A stretch of DNA of 64,000 nt, from contig OZ024744.1 in the NCBI GenBank assembly GCA_964016885.1, forward strand, positions 71,362,001 through 71,426,000, in the 5' to 3' direction. Numbering within the stretch: position 1 is the stretch's first letter; every line of letters begins with the position of its first letter. Origin of the DNA: Eledone cirrhosa. Its lineage: Eukaryota. The notes beneath the pieces were generated by a model. It saw nothing but the letters and a program-made list of their open reading frames with translations. It did no database searches and was not told the DNA's origin. This document shows positions 38,625 through 51,169 of the stretch, in pieces. The translations under genes were made by a program, and so were the position numbers.

Positions 38625-38957
38625 AAAAAACTCAGGACATCGACGGCTGAGCTCCGGCCATTTCGGCAGCTAGATCCGAACTAACCCAGCAGTATTAGGA
38701 CGGCAGGAACCTAGCTGAACTTATCAAGGTTTTTCTTTTGTTTTGACGGCATGCCCATATATGGACTGTACCCCTTGATAAGTTCAGCTAGGTCCCTGCC
38801 GTCCTAATACTGATGGGTTAGTTCGGTTCTAGCTGTTGAAACGGTCGGAGCACAGCCGTCGTGGTTCTGACTCTTTTTCTATTACCCAATCTACTACCCT
38901 AAGTATCGAGTACTCTGGTGCGTTATGGTCCACCTGGTTCCTTACCACACTTTCTTT

Positions 38958-38960
<3 letters not shown>
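38625..38960 (+). mobile_element. Inverted-repeat element in (TA)n carrying a putative variant hammerhead
   Basis: Arms 38625-38729 and 38773-38879 are reverse complements. Related pieces lie at 43246-43395 and 51015-51060. Confidence 0.7.
38770..38865 (+). ncRNA. Putative type I hammerhead with U3:A8 core (TTGATAA)
   Basis: TTGATAA at 38775-81; long stem II CAGCTAG.../...CTAGCTG; GAAAC at 38838; stem III ACGG/CCGT; GTC at 38858-60; stem I imperfect. Confidence 0.5.
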
Positions 38961-39697
<737 letters not shown>

Positions 39698-39979
39698 CAA
39701 AATTTCCTTGATTTTGCTCCGATACTATATTTGGTGAGTTGTTGTTTGCATATTTTTTTCCCGGTGCGTCACTCTGAATCAATCAACAGTTTTCCTCCAT
39801 ATTGCTGTTATCCAAGCCTTTCGAACCCTTGGTGTCCCGACAGAATCTTTTACGTTTCTTTTTGTCTGTCGTGCCAAGATTTTCGGTTACAAAAGCGAAT
39901 CTAAGATTTGAACTTTGAGACTTATGTTGCAACCCATCTCTGTAAATTTCATCAACAAATTTATCACAATTTCATTTGT

Positions 39980-40720
39980 AATATAGATCGTTCTTTTTAC
40001 CTAACATCTTTAAAATTACATCCTTGCTTGATTCCCAAACTTCTCGTTCTAGAACGTTCAAATTCTACACAAGAAATCAATTATCAAATATCCAATACAG
40101 TTTTTTATCCAATACAGTTTTTTTAAACTTGAAAGCTCTTTCAATATAACGTCAGACAAACCTCTCATTATATTGACAAACTGCTTCAATAATCCAGTCT
40201 TAATGAAAACACTGTAGCAACACACCAATTCGCTGATGATAATTTTTGTGTATCAAACCTTATATTTATTTTTAGGTTTTGTCATTTCTTCTGAGCTCAA
40301 TGTAAATTCTTGACTCTGTTTTCCCCACTCTGAGTAAAGATGACTCTGACTCTTGATTCAGTATGATATACACAACCTTTATACATGAATCATCATTGTT
40401 CATTATAGTTGATTTCCTCGAGAAAATTCTCGCACGTTTATTCTAAATGCAACAGCTATTGATGACGGTACAATAAACCACGGAAACATCTTTATTAAAA
40501 TACGGTGCAAAATCTTTCTTCCATTTCGGTACCAATGGTAAGTTGTTTCAGTATATAATGTTAATATCTTAAAGGCTTTGCAGGATCTTGCACATCTAGG
40601 TCTCATCAAAGGTACTATTTTTGTTGGAATTGTCCGCAACATGATCGTGACCAATATTGAACCAGTGATGTTATTTGTTCAAAGTGTAAAGAAAAGGGTC
40701 ACTTTTAATCTTTTGCCATT
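39980..40720 (+). pseudogene. Possible degraded LTR-retrotransposon (Gypsy-like) gag
   Basis: 'YYFCWNCPQHDR...DVICSKCKEKGHF' at about 40610-40705 resembles a double zinc knuckle; the upstream part is heavily decayed. Confidence 0.4.
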
Positions 40721-40865
40721 ATTTTCCCATATAACTTCTGTGTTAAAAAAAGATCTCTATCATTGGCTTAGTTTATCATTGTTACGAGCAGTACATAAAC
40801 TTTGTCACTGAATCACTGAATCAACAGTATGTAGCCATGTAGCCAAAGGTTATCGACTAAATATA

Positions 40866-40983
40866 TATTTATTAAAATAACAGATTAAAGTTTAAGTAAA
40901 GAATCGCGGCTTTCACCCTTAACGTTAAGGGTGAAAGCAGCTATTCTTTGCTTAATCTTTAATCTGTTATTTTAATAAATATT
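40866..40983. repeat. Imperfect palindrome of about 120 bp with no spacer
   Basis: Centre GCTTTCACCCTTAACGTTAAGGGTGAAAGC; arms ATATTTATTAAAATAACAGATTAAAG / CTTTAATCTGTTATTTTAATAAATAT. Confidence 0.85.
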
Positions 40984-41065
40984 TGCTCTAGGGTTCTTAT
41001 ATATTTGATATATATTTATCATTATCGAGCCCTCTTTGGATTTTAGTCGTCACATTTATTATTAT

Positions 41066-41135
<70 letters not shown>

Positions 41136-41204
41136 GTAAGTATGTGTTTAAGTAAGTGCCGTACTAAGAGTGAGAAATGAAATTTCGTTTTCATTTTATT
41201 TCAA

Positions 41205-41241
<37 letters not shown>

Positions 41242-41639
41242 CCTGTTTATATATATATTTATATATATATATAAACAGGAAATATATATTTTCGCTAGCT
41301 CTGGCAGTTGGCAGGGAGACAGTGTACGGTACCGATGAAGGGTAATAACCCAGAAACATCAGTGTTTGCCGTTTTGTTTATATGCCAACACAATAGCAAA
41401 AATGACGGGGTCATTCTCCTGACATGGCTTAAGAGGCTGTTTGTATAATTGCAAACGAATCGAATATTAGGATTAATATTTGAAAAACTCAGAATTACAT
41501 TTCTTGTATCCAGTCATGTAGAGCAATAAAACTATTTGTTATATATATAATGGAAAAATTTGAACAGGAACAAAACAGAGAGGCAGTACAACGAATGTTT
41601 ATTAATTTCACGCTCTGGAGAGTGGGGTGTTGGTGGGGA

Positions 41640-41671
41640 ACGACGTTTCGGGCATAAGCCCTTCCTCAGGT
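41640..41671 (-). ncRNA. Minimal hammerhead ribozyme in a (TA)n-flanked fragment
   Basis: Sense AC-CTGAGGA-A-GGGC(TTAT)GCCC-GAAAC-GTC-GT; AATAAA lies about 35 nt downstream. Confidence 0.65.
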
Positions 41672-41717
41672 GAGAAGTGTGTGGGAACAGAGTTCAAAGG
41701 GTGTGTAGGGGAGTGGT

Positions 41718-41774
<57 letters not shown>

Positions 41775-42543
41775 ATTACATAAACGGAGAAAGCTATTAG
41801 CGATACTCCGACCAATTTCCAACTCACTCAACAAACATTAGGAAATACCGGAGTATATTCCCAATTCAACGTTTGGAGTGCTAACTATATTGTATTGTGT
41901 GGACACCTAGCTGTATTATTTTATATGAGATATATTAAAGATCTCATTTCCCAAACGAATCGTTTCGTTATAAGATTTCTACATGGTGGGTGAAATTATA
42001 CCAAGTTATGTAGAAACTTGTGGAAGATCAATGGATTCTTATGCAAGTGGGCTCTTACAAATCTTCAGTGGGTGCCCAATAATATTAATATTAATAACTA
42101 AATCAATATCAATATTTAGAGATAATCACCATCAGTGCTAGAAGGAACTGTTAGGTTGTAAGTCCAGCAGTTCTAAAGAAAATCTCACACTGTCCCGAAA
42201 ACGGGAGGAGGAGGCTACCGCCAAAAAGTAATATACACGCAGGTCATTGAAGTCTGACAAGAATTCAAGCCTCGTACGAAGAACTCAATTGGATATGAAA
42301 AAATAAATATATGTGTGCACTGTTTAAGGACACAGATATATTTTCTCAGGCAAAATAACAGATATGAGATACAGGAACAAGCAATCAATATTCATATAAA
42401 AAATAAACAGAGTCATACCTTATATCGGATATATATATATATATATATGTATAAATAAACACAGTAAATTGTGTGTCTAAAATTACGAGGGTTGAAATAC
42501 CACATTGGTTTAATAAATTTAACCTGAAGCAATAACTATTTCA

Positions 42544-42628
42544 TCTCTCGGACAGATTAGAGATTTAATGTTTCGCCCTGAAAATTGTGTTTGTAACAGA
42601 TAATCCGTAGGCTTTCCTCAGCGAGAGA
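42544..42628 (-). ncRNA. Type I hammerhead ribozyme (left arm)
   Basis: Reverse complement of 42875-42961, with a 2-nt deletion in stem III. Confidence 0.68.
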
Positions 42629-42874
42629 CAAGATTAAATGGAACAAGCTCATACAACTAAAAGCCACACGAATGAATATCTCACCTCGTGCGCTAGACGT
42701 TAGAAGTGGTGTGAGTGGATATACTAAAAACAATAGCCTTAATACATCCAACTTACAAGCTCTCCTAGTTAGGGAGCCGAAATACAAATAAAATACATAG
42801 TTACGTCCAGCGCACGAGGTGAGACATTCATTCGTGTGGTTTTTAGTTGTATGTGCTTGTTCCATTTAATCTTG

Positions 42875-42961
42875 TCTCTCGCTGAGGAAAGCCTACGGAT
42901 TATCTGTTACAAACACAATTTTCAGGGCGAAATAGATTAAATCTCTAATCTGTCCGAGAGA
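42875..42961 (+). ncRNA. Type I hammerhead ribozyme (right arm)
   Basis: Stem I TCTCTCG/CGAGAGA; CTGAGGA; AA; stem II GCCT/GGGC closing a 30-nt loop; GAAA; stem III ATAGATTA/TAATCTGT; GTC site at 42952-54. Confidence 0.78.
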
Positions 42962-43170
42962 TGAAATAGTTATTGAGACGGTCTGTATATATATTCTATA
43001 TCTTCCGTTTGCTTCAGGTTAAATTTATCAAACCAATGTGGTATTTCAACCCTCGTAATTTTAGACACACAATTTACTGTGTTTATTTATACATATATTA
43101 TTATATAATGGTCAGTATTTATACTTTGAGCTTGTTAATTACAGGGTATCAATACGAGTTAGTAACTTTG

Positions 43171-43245
<75 letters not shown>

Positions 43246-43248
<3 letters not shown>

Positions 43249-43395
43249 AAAAGAGTCAGGATCCTGACGGTTGAGCTCCGGCCGTTTCGACAGCTAGATC
43301 CTGGCTCTTTTCCCTATTAACTACTCTACTATCCTAAGTATCGAGTACTCTGGTGCGTTATGGTCCACCTGGTATCTTACCACAGCTTCTTTGTT
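43246..43395. mobile_element. Fragment of the 38.6-kb element family
   Basis: An inverted end fragment joined to the same tail (AAGTATCGAGTACTCTGGTGCGTTATGGTCCACCTGG); flanked by (TA)n. Confidence 0.7.
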
Positions 43396-44711
43396 ATATG
43401 TATATATATATAAGCGTTTGACATTAGTAGATTCAGTGAAATTAACTTCAAATGACCCGCCGTACGGCAAAATGTGTTTTATTGTATTACATGACTGCTG
43501 CTCTGAAGCCTTTCTAGAGTCTTGAGTAATCATTCGGTAGCTCGCAAACAGACTCGGGGGTTTGTTGTCTATCCTCGCTAAAATTCTATCCGCCTAAAAC
43601 GTTTTTGTATCTGTCTCTGGATATGAAGCCTGTAATTACAAAATATTGCTAGACTAAATTATCTCTTGACGAGTCTATTAAATCGGAAGTAAATAAAAGA
43701 CCCAAATAAGACATTATAGAGTCAACTGACAACCTTGCTCAAAACAAGTTAGTAATTGACTGCTCCGAAACTTAATACTTTCACATATTTAGACGTTTAT
43801 TCAAAGCTCAACTTAAACAACTTAGTTAAACATATACCTTTATAGATGGTAATAAGTACTATAGGCCTACATAGGGCGCCCCACTGTGTTGAGTTGTATT
43901 TCGATGATAAAATATTTATAGATAGACTCTATTCTAGTTTTAGGGGTATATTTCATATTTTCGTATGAGTCATTTGTAATTTGTTTGGAAAACTCATTGT
44001 ATTTGCACTTCTTCATTTGGATTTTCAGTTGCTGTTGTTAGAACTGGCGGTCACAACTCCTACCAGTACATTGGGTATCCTACAGACACAGTGACTCGGT
44101 CCATCACCTTGCTGATAGATACTGTACAGACGCCAGTTGTATTTCATCGTATCCCTGACGAGGGCAGCTAAACGGATACTGAATCTTGCTGAAAGATCGC
44201 CCGCGATTTGGTTCGAGAGTGCAATTCCCCAATCCACCATCTGGGGACCCACACGATGGGAGTTATCTCTCCACACATTAAATATACACATATACAAAGT
44301 TATTGGATGGCCGTTGACTCACCCATGTTCCTCTTCCCTTTGACGGGTTTTGTGGTTCGTCCCACAGGGTGTCCTAAAATCAGACTCCTCACCAAGCAAG
44401 TGGGGTTGTCGGTTTAGTCGGCGACGACTCGACCATGCAACAAGTTGTACATGGTTACATGTTACCAGTAACGATGAACAAACCCTGATATCTTGGAAAA
44501 CTAATGTATCCAAATCCATTATCAACGTTTCTAGAACTTTACAATCTCATCTTCAGGACGAAGTGACGTTTACCTTTGTTGCTACTTATTTATATCAAAC
44601 AGAGTCAATGTGATTGGTTTAGATATCCCCATTGGAATATGAATTTTTTACTGTTAGATTTATGCATCTTCTCATGCTTATTTCAGGCAAACATAATTAA
44701 ATGGCTCACAT

Positions 44712-44846
44712 AATTATAGAGCTGGTAAACCATGATAGAGCAGGGGAAGTATCGAGTACTCCTTACAGTTGGTAATCAAAAAGAGCTAGTGAGACAAGTA
44801 ATAAAAAAAAAAATTAAACAAAAGAGAAAAAATTAAAATAAAATAT
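44712..44846 (+). mobile_element. Short retroposed element with A-rich tail
   Basis: Flanked by a 37-bp direct repeat TCATGCTTATTTCAGGCAAACATAATTAAATGGCTCA. A second, inverted copy lies at 49155-49290. Confidence 0.6.
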
Positions 44847-45309
44847 CATGCTTATTTCAGGCAAACATAATTAAATGGCTCATTGAGGAGGTACAATTCT
44901 AAGCGTTAATAATTCAAATCCCGTAGGTAATATCAACTCAAATCACATTGATAATTCCTAAAAGAAAACGATAGCAAGATTCGTCAAAATCACTTCACCA
45001 GAAGATGAGACTGTGAAGGACTAGAAAGTTGATAATGGATTTGGGTACATTACACAGTCAAAAAAAGGTAAGGACTTCAGAGGAAATATGCAAGCTTAAC
45101 ACAAACTAAATCGGAACAAACGTTTACAATATAACACCCACATACAAATATATGTATACACACACACACATAATATGTGTGTGTACGTGTATATAATTTA
45201 TAAAAAAATAGCTTAAAAGTAAAGAAAGGATTACAGATGCATACGTATATAGGATCATAAACACACGCATATATATTTATGTACGCATACATATACAAAC
45301 ACACACACG

Positions 45310-45346
<37 letters not shown>

Positions 45347-45605
45347 TCAAAAGTAAGATGATATATGTATAAAATAAACACACATATATATATTCATTAT
45401 GCTGTACACACATATGTATGTATGAATGTACACACATACACATATATATATATGTATATATATATGTGTGTGAGTGTGTGTGTGTATGTATCTCTCTCTC
45501 TATATGCCTACATACATAACTATGAATGCTCACATACATACATGCAAACGTAGATTTTTACAGGTATATAACTGTACGCACATGCAAACACACATTCCTG
45601 TACCA

Positions 45606-45678
<73 letters not shown>

Positions 45679-45792
45679 ATTTATATACAAATATATAAAT
45701 ATATACGTGATAATATATGTGTCTGTGTGATAATATATATACACTATATATACATATATATATATACATGTATATATATATATATGTATGTA

Positions 45793-45845
<53 letters not shown>

Positions 45846-45929
45846 AAGGTATAGATTGAGTTAGAAACTTAAAATAGTCTCTTACAATTAAATAGCTCAA
45901 AGAAAGACATTTCCCGGGCCGTATAACAT

Positions 45930-46441
45930 AATTGAATATAAACGAGAGATAAACACAGATATAAACATATATGTGTTCAAATCGTAAGGGACCAGGTTCG
46001 TCAGGGTGAAAAAAATACTAACTATTAACAATAGGGTTTGCCAGAGTCAATTTAAAATAACAAATCAAGAAAATAAATGCAAACCGATATTGGGTATGCG
46101 TTTATGAGACACGCTAGGTCCTGATGCCATGTACGTTATTTTATATACGCACACTATTCAGTGTTCTGAGATACTTAGAAGTGAAGGGTTTACTAATTTT
46201 ACACCCACTGATGAGCAAAGAATTGGTAATTCATTTCGCTAAAATTGCGAAACAGCATCACCAAAAGCTGTCTGGGTGTCTGGCAGTTGCCCCGATATCG
46301 GTTTGTATTTATTTTCTTGATTTGTTATTTTAAATTGAGTCTGGCAAACCCAATTGTCTATAGTTAGTATTTTTTCCACCCTAGCGAATCTGGTCCCTTA
46401 CGATTTGAACACATATATGTGTTTATCTCTCTTTTATATTC

Positions 46442-46445
<4 letters not shown>
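45930..46445 (+). mobile_element. Non-coding Penelope-like element: inverted tail, hammerhead, tail
   Basis: 45930-46094 is the reverse complement of 46290-46445. The spacer contains a canonical hammerhead. Adjacent to (TA)n/(CT)n. Confidence 0.78.
46201..46279 (+). ncRNA. Canonical type I hammerhead ribozyme
   Basis: ACACCCA-CTGATGA-GCAA(26 nt)TTGC-GAAA-CAGC(10 nt)GCTG-TC-TGGGTGT: all core nucleotides and three perfect stems; predicted cleavage after C46272. Confidence 0.88.
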
Positions 46446-46503
<58 letters not shown>

Positions 46504-46518
46504 GTGTATATATATATA

Positions 46519-46635
<117 letters not shown>

Positions 46636-46648
46636 ATATATATATATA

Positions 46649-46749
<101 letters not shown>

Positions 46750-46764
46750 ATATATATATATATA

Positions 46765-46826
<62 letters not shown>

Positions 46827-47196
46827 GTGTGTGTGTATATATAATATATTACAAAATAATCTATATGTATATAATATACATATCTCTGTGTGTAAATTCC
46901 AAGAACAATTTTAAATAAAGCCATTCAATATTTTCAGAAAAATATAAAAAAAGTAAGGAATTTCTTTTTCTTTGCATATGGAAGATATTTCCAGGGCAGT
47001 ATCAGTGAAAACGAGGCGCAAATATAGAATGAAATAACTGCTCCACCTCTAAACCTCTCCACTCAACTTCAGATACAAAAGACAAGGTGTTTTTTGTTTT
47101 TGTTTTTGAGTGGGGTGGAAGGATTGCATGTGTTTTTAATAAATTCCTTTACAGAAAGGAAATTAAACAAAGTCTAAAATAAAACAAACCGGCGGC

Positions 47197-47472
<276 letters not shown>

Positions 47473-47959
47473 GAGGAATTACGAAATAATATGTTAGAGG
47501 TGAGAGTAAGGGTGGAGAATAAGAAGTATATAAATTGATGAAATAAAAATATAATTAAAAAAAATACAAGAAAAGTATAAATGAAGAGTAGAGACGAGGG
47601 AAATTTGAAAACAAACGAAAAAAAAAAAAAAAAAGGATAGAGAAAATAGGTTCTCCCCGATCCGACCCCACCCACATCAAGTTCCTATCTGAATGTTGAA
47701 TATTAACAATACCGACATACGTATATTAAACTGTGTTGCGGCTTTCATGGTGTGTTATAGCTTTGAGATGAGAGTAAAATAAAGAAAATATTTAAACGTA
47801 AAAGTAAAATAAAAAACGTCGGTGGTGATTATAAGAAAACTTTCAAGCCAGTTTTACGAATAAATCAAACGTATTATTTATACCAGTTTGTTGTACATTA
47901 GAATTACAGTACTGACATACACCACACCAGTAATAAAATGGGGCACATTAAAATTACAT

Positions 47960-48400
47960 ATACACCACAGTAACACTACTATACACTACACCAACACTAC
48001 CACAAAACATACGAACATTGCCATACACCACACCAACAATGCCTTACACCACGATATCAACAATGCCATACTCCACGTCAACCCTACCATATACTATATC
48101 AACACTACCGTACATCACACTAACACACCAACACTACCATACACCACACCAACACTACCATACACCACACCAAAATTGCCATACACCACGTCATCACTAC
48201 CCTGCACCACACCAACTCCAGCACTGCCATACACGGCACCACTACGCCAACATACACCACACCAACACTGTCATACACCATTCCAACTGGATCATACACC
48301 CCGATACTTCTATATTTTATGATAACAGTATCATACACAACACAGTTACTTATGTAGACATACGCCATACACAACAATACAAATATACCTTAAAACACCT
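47960..48400. repeat. Degenerate ~21-bp minisatellite (ACACCACACCAACACTACCAT)
   Basis: Direct reading; resumes at 48745-48820 after the LINE fragment. Confidence 0.75.
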
Positions 48401-48424
48401 TAACTCTAAGATACACTGCCATCT

Positions 48425-48742
48425 CTCTCTTCTTCGCTAAACTCCGCCAGTTGCAGACTGCTCATCAACATGAGATATTTTTCTCCACAAAGTTCGATCA
48501 CCAGCAGTAGAGTTTAAAGAGCAAAGATCAAGTCCAGTCCATAAGTTGACATTATCAAGCCAACGTTTTGGCTGCCGGCCTTTGCTTCTCTTACTAGCCA
48601 ACCTTCCTTCCAGGCATAACCTACTCACACCACGAGTTGATCTGTTTATATGACCGTATAGTTTGAGTACTCTTGACTTGACAATTGATGTAGTTGGTCT
48701 AAGTTTGGTAATGTTGAGCAGCTCACTGAGCTTGTCATAAGT
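48425..48742 (-). mobile_element. RTE-like LINE 3' fragment
   Basis: ORF 48437..48778 'LKLYGHINR..LEGRLASKRSKGRQPKRWLDNV..DRTLWR'. Confidence 0.75.
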
Positions 48743-49419
48743 CTCATACACCAACTGCCATACACCAACCCAACCCAACCCAACAATACCATATGATTAT
48801 CGGATTCTACCATACAGCACAACAGCGTGCAACAGCGTGCAATACAGAAACCTCACTTTAACTTAAAACTGGCAACGCAAACATTCACTCACAAGAAAGG
48901 CTTTTACGTTGTCAGCTGATCTGCTAGAAATAATAGCCAATTTTTCCTCCAATCCATCTTTATTCTCTGAAGTATGGAAAACCTTTATTGGATAGCTATA
49001 ACTATGTCTTTTACCATTGGTCAGTTTAATAAACAAAACCTTTGAGTACACGGAAGCTACAAAAAGATTCAACAACAGAAACTTCTGTTTTACAGCTTCC
49101 CTTGTTTCCTTTTTTCCGTTTTCTTAGGCATAATCTGCCTTCAATATTGGAAATTTTATTTTATTTTATTTTATTTTTTCTCTTTTTTATTAATTTTTTT
49201 AAAATTAATGTCTCACTAGCTCTTTTTGATTACCAACTGTAAGGAGTACTCAATACTTCCCCTGCTCTATCATGGCTTACTAGCTCTATACGATCGTTTA
49301 AATTGAATAAATAAATAAATAACCACTCTCACTATTGGTGGTTAAACGTTGAGTTTACTACATTTGGTAAACTATCGCATTTCACACACACACACACTCT
49401 CTCTCTCACACACACTTGT

Positions 49420-50560
49420 GTGGTTAAAGTATTCAAGCACTACTCCAGCAGATCATGTAAGAAACAATTGTCTCCAATTGATCCAGTCGGATCCCTAATC
49501 GAGACCAACCGAGATCATGGACGTTATTCAACCATTTTGCTCGGGGTTTCCTGGGTCTCCTGCCGGTTGGTTTTGCTCGTAAAATCATCTCTCCAGCGAT
49601 TCTTTCCTGAGACATTCTAACCACATCTCCAAAATATCATAGCTGTGATCTCTCAATTTGGAGAAGTAGAAGCTCTACCTGGAGTGACTCCAGGATCTCC
49701 AAGCTACGTACTTTTTTGAATAAGATTACTCCAAATTACCTTTGGAGGAACCCCATTTCGGCCACTTGTATTCGCGATCCTATTCCTTCTACCATTACCT
49801 AAGATCCATGACCATAGGTAAGGGTTAGCACGAATACCGAATTGAAGACAGCGAGTTTGGATTTTTCACCAACCTCCCTTCTTCTGATTACCGAATGTTG
49901 AAGCTAGCACATTACTGCACCAGTTCCTGTAATTGTTGCACTTAATTTAGCCTCCTGAAACTTCATTCACATGAAGAGTGCATTGCGCATGCTTTCTTGA
50001 AAGTATATGTGTCTCAGTCTTATTTCACTGATTTTCTTTCCAGCGACGCTGCACATGGCAAGAGATCAACTTGTCGGAGATCAACTTCGGATGAGCTATG
50101 TAATACCTTGTCTGTCAATTCTAGCTGGCTGCTCCTACACCCACCAGTGTTGATACCATTTCCACACTGGCGGTGCATGTCAATCCTGTTCATAAAAATT
50201 ATGAACAGACAAGGTGAGAGTACACACCCTTGGCTGAGTTCGACACCCACATTGAATGGTTTCGGATTAGAACCCTTTATCAGAACACACATACTAAGGC
50301 ATTCGTATAGAGACTTCAGGGCAACAAAAAGCTGTCCACCTATTCCATATTGGACTCGACAATATCCCTTCATCTTTTTCCCAGAAATTTAGCATAGATT
50401 TTACTAGGGAGGCTTAACAAGATCTCTCTATAAATAGGACAATCTCTTTTGTCTCCCCTTTGAAAATTGGGCTTATCACTCGCAATTGCCTTTGCTTAAG
50501 TGCTTTTCCAGAGATCCAGGGTACCCTGCACATACGAGTCAGCCAGAGAATGCTTTCTTT
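49420..50560 (-). mobile_element. RTE-clade LINE fragment (same family as 18960-20830)
   Basis: 'SQGCVLSPCLFIIFMNRI' and 'MVRMSQERIAG'. Confidence 0.8.
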
Positions 50561-50811
50561 ATAGACACAGCGATCATTGAGCGATGACAAACTGTAATAT
50601 CAAAATGTGCGTGTGTGTATTTATATATACATGTGCGTGTATGTTTTTAACATGAAATTCGGGCTGAGATGTCAAAAGTATACACACGCACATATGTATA
50701 TACACATACATATATACATACATCCATACATACACACACATTTTGATATTACATTCTATCATCCATCAATAATTGCAGCGTCCTGAACCCGGGAAGTGAA
50801 GAAAGAATTCA

Positions 50812-51001
50812 TGGATTGGCAGTATCGGTAGAGGGTCGGGCGCCATGCTTTGCAGCAAAGAGTTACGGCCGGCCCTTTATGATCTGAGTTCAAATCCCGC
50901 CGAGGTTAACTTTGCGTTTCATCCTTACGGGGTCGATAAAATAAAGTACCAGTAATGCACTGGGATAATTGCTGGCCTTGTGCCAAAAGTAGAAACAATT
51001 A
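50812..51001 (+). mobile_element. SINE family 1
   Basis: Family motifs. Confidence 0.88.
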
Positions 51002-51169
51002 TATATATGTATTAGAGAGTTGGGGCACGACGGCTGAGCTCTTGCTGTTTCGACAGCAAATTCCATATATATACTTTTGGATAACTCTATGCGGTGTGAC
51101 TATATTCACATTAGCGCATTCAGGAAAATCAGTTGGTACCTATCGGGAAATTAGAGACGTTCGAGAAAG

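Larger units (their letters stand above)
42443..43098. mobile_element. Long inverted-repeat element (arms of about 260 and 295 bp, spacer about 100 bp) in (TA)n
   Basis: 42443-42700 is the reverse complement of 42803-43098 apart from one ~35-bp indel. Confidence 0.88.

Noticed and set aside
41325-41365. Hammerhead-like CCGATGA-A-GGGT(AATA)ACCC-A-GAAACATC
   Set aside because: U4 is altered and there is no stem I or III pairing. It may be a decayed relic but is not supportable as a ribozyme.
43660-43725. TTGACGA-GTCT...AGAC-CCAAA hammerhead-like remnant
   Set aside because: GAAA is absent and position 3 is altered without compensation.
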